In this document: in pieces, positions 60,772 through 64,000 of the stretch
How the letters are laid out: each line of letters starts with the position of its first letter
Numbering within the stretch: position 1 is the first letter of the stretch
Assembly (NCBI RefSeq): GCF_963853765.1
Contig: NC_088857.1
Location: forward strand, 19,592,001-19,656,000
Reading direction: 5' to 3'
DNA length: 64,000 nucleotides
Source: Magallana gigas
Taxonomy: Eukaryota
Notes under the pieces: model-generated
What the model was told of the DNA's origin: nothing
Seen by the model: the letters and a program-made list of their open reading frames with translations, nothing else
Database searches by the model: none
Made by a program: the position numbers and the translations under genes

Positions 60772-63700
60772 TGCATGGGAAATCATCTGGACTGTTATTT
60801 TGTGGTGGAATTCTAAGGTGAATGTTGATGAATTTACACAAATTTTGGGCAATGACACTGACAACTGTGCATCCAAACTGTTCAATCATCATCAGGATGA
60901 TTAATTTTTATCAAATAAAAATACATATATGTTTAATATTGAACTAGAGAAAATGCAGTTGTACATTTATTGCACATGGGATATATCTGTACATTGTGAC
61001 AATAAGTATTGCTGCAAAGTGATATGCAGTATATATGCAGTGCCGTATGAAGTAAAAATCATTTGATGGAGGTAATGTTTTACCTATAACTTGTTAATTG
61101 TTTTTAAGAGAGATCAATAAATAATAACTTTATGAATAGGTGAGATTGTGTTAGTTATTTGTTAAAGTTATGTATGATTATATTATATGCAACAAGTCTG
61201 AATGGGTATGGACATACGTGATATTATGTTACCTGTCATATAGTCCATCATTTAGTACGCAAGTTCTTTTTTGGTCATCATATATCCTCTTTGATATCGT
61301 GGCAGAATTTCATGAAATTTTTGTTGTAAATAAGGACAAAACGTAAATATGTCCATATTATCAGGTAATTCTGATATATATATTTTTCCCCTTATGAGCC
61401 CTTGTATGCAAGTTTGGCCAAATTTGACAAACTAGACAAAATTGTTACAGAGCAACTTCGTTTGAACCGTTTATCAGAACTTTAGACTACTAAGACATGA
61501 TAATTATATAGATGTGTATACTCTCATGAAATTTCTGTAAGTGTTGTCTTGTTAAATTATGGTTTGTGAAATTGTTCGTAGATTTCAAATGAAGAGCATA
61601 TTGTCTGATACCTTCTTAATTGAAAGTTTGTCCTTTAACTTGATACAACGCAAATGTTTTGGGCGCCATCCAACTCTGCCGTCTATAGCTATGCCTCTCG
61701 TGTTGATGGATCAATCACTACAGGAGATTTATTGAATTGTACCCCTTCCATTGAGTATATCATGTCAATCTGGCCGTATGATGTACTATTTCTCCCAGCA
61801 GTTTACTGGGTTAGAGGAGTTTTCCAGTCGGACTGTAGCTCACATTAAATCCCCATTAGGCTATCAGACTCCGAATTAACCTGCTACCAAATCAGTGACA
61901 TTTTCAACATATAACCTGCAAGTTCAGATTATCCATTTGATTAAAATATTGGTCCAACATCAACGGCATTAAGTGTACTCAGGTGGAAAAGTATGTCCAT
62001 TTTCCCACTAAACACTATATATTTCATTTAAAACCAACATTTACAAAGAATGGTTAAAAATAACCCCTTGGCCAATTTTTAAAAGACCATGATTAAATTC
62101 AGAATTTTTCTGGCTTTTTTTTTTGCATCATATTTAAATATGTTCCCAACCTTCTTTCCCGATAATTGTTATTAACATTCCAAAGGGAGATTTCTCAGCT
62201 CGCATATTGCAAAATGTATATACTTATTGATAAGCTCTTAAAATACAAGTAATGTTTTAAACATAAAATTTTACAAATGAGTTGTCAAAAAATCCAACTA
62301 TTTAATGTATGTCAATAAGTGCGAATTGAATCTACTTTATTTAATCAATATCTTAAAAATCTGACAAACACTATCACCAGAAAACGTTTTAAAAATGTAT
62401 TGGTTTGTGTTTTTTTTTTTATAAAATAACAGTGTAAAAAAAGAAAAGAAATAAAATTGACAAACTTTTGGCGCTTTAATGTACATACTTAATCATGTTG
62501 TCTCATTCAAGAAACGGTAGACTTCAGACGCTAGTAATGACCATGCAAACAGTCGCCTCTTTTCAACATTACATTGTTTACATGTACACATACAGTCAAC
62601 GAAACTTCTAAGTGTTCACCCACTATAATTTATTTACCATATCTATAGAAATAAGCTCATTTATTTGTCTCTTTGTCGTGGTGACTGATTTCCACTTTGC
62701 TTTCAAATAGATAAGAACGATGCATTGACCTTGACCTCTGGTGATGACCCGATACCTTGACCTTTGCTAACTATCAAACACTTCAGGTTCGGTTGAATTT
62801 CGCTCATAGCTTTTGGGTTGCTTTGGGTTGCCGATGGAAATGACGTTACACCGAGAAAGAGAAAACTTTTACCAAATCAGCCTTTCCTTTGTATTGCTCA
62901 ATATTTAAAACAATGTCGAGGACAAAATAAACAGCAAATTTATAGTGAGTACAATGTGTCGTATCTAACAATGCAGACACCAATATTCCTCCGGCTCTTG
63001 TTGTTTTCTCGATGATTATTTTTGCCATCTTAAGTGGATTTCTTTTTAAACTATCAAGATTTATATCAATCGCAAAAAAAAAAAAAATTCAATCATATTA
63101 AGCACGCACAGAAAAATACCAAATTCAATCTTTTAATTGACGTTTCGTCACAGGTAATTGATTTCAATCGTTGTTGTCTTATATTATCTGTGCTATCGAT
63201 GAAAACATATCGGGTACTAAATGTTGAAAATTTCATATTATACCAAGATTTCATTACGTTATTTTCAAATTATTACTGTATATTAATTAATTTTACCTGT
63301 ATTCTAGTAATTATTTTAAAGTTTAGAACTGCATAATACATGTATCAATGGATCCTTACAAGATAGTGATATATTTATAAATAGTACCTCTGACAGACTA
63401 TGAAGTAACCTGTACCAAGGTACCCCGGAAGACTAGATGCGAGGTAAAATTGATTGCTTTTAGATTTTAAAAAAATTGCTTGTGTAATCATCTTTTGAAC
63501 AGAATAAGGACTTAAGATTTCAGACTAGGAGCGTGGGCAGGATCAGATTGCAGGCTGTGATATGTGACCTGTGGATAGGCATGTGAAGATTTTGATGAAG
63601 TTCTGTAGGTTGCTCAAATGATTATTGGTAGATACCAAACGTCAATAGGGTGATTAATATCCACTGATGTCCCGGACGAAGCTTCAGGGACACAATTTTT

Positions 63701-63850
63701 TAATGTTCAATTCACGTTTAGCGGTTACTTTGACCTATTGAATTTCAAATGCACGTGCGTATGTGTAACTAAAGGTAAGAATTGTATACTAGTATATATA
63801 ATGTCAGTTAGAGACAATGAAAACAGAACTTTGTTTGACTGACGACAGAC

Positions 63851-64000
63851 GTGAAAATATCTGGGTTTTTTTAAGATAGTAATTTCTTCATTCTAATTAT
63901 CACATTATTGTAAGCAGAATTACAGAGACAGTTTGTGGTGAAAACATCTGGGTTTTTTAAGATAGTAATTTCTTCATTCTAATTATCACATTATTGTAAG
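63851..64000 (+). repeat. 87-bp tandem repeat running off the window end
   Basis: GTGAAAA(T/C)ATCTGGGTTTTTT(T)AAGATAGTAATTTCTTCATTCTAATTATCACATTATTGTAAG starts at 63851 and again at 63938. Confidence 0.85.

Noticed and set aside
61654-63028. A possible ninth gene (ORFs 61654-61848, 62818-63015, 62846-63028 and a short minus-strand MSEIQPNLKCLIVSKG frame)
   Set aside because: No recognisable domain, and no consistent splice chain could be built. Stops occur in all frames of the candidate exon. A BLASTX search would settle it.

Overview
AT-rich, intron-rich eukaryotic DNA, most likely an oyster (Crassostrea/Magallana; inferred from a 166-bp Cg170/HindIII-like satellite and bivalve-type non-autonomous elements). 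I spliced eight complete protein-coding genes by hand, each with consistent reading frame: KIF28/KLP-6-like kinesin-3 (-, 21 exons), GGACT (-), MED25 (+), IDH1 (-), PARK7/DJ-1 (+), CDV3 (+), MDH1B (-) and NIFK (+). Six of them form three tight head-to-head pairs. Introns and intergenic DNA hold satellite-bearing Helentron/HINE-like elements, TA- and TTAA-flanked MITEs and a tRNA-derived SINE. Three observations stand out. (1) The IDH1 stop is TGA-CTAG, the canonical readthrough context, followed by nine in-frame codons ending in Ser-Lys-Leu-TAA, which predicts a hidden peroxisomal isoform. (2) The first kinesin intron is a U12-type AT-AC intron. (3) The kinesin ends in a polybasic tail plus CaaX box (CVLL), which predicts a prenylated motor. 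All coordinates were read manually and no database searches were run.
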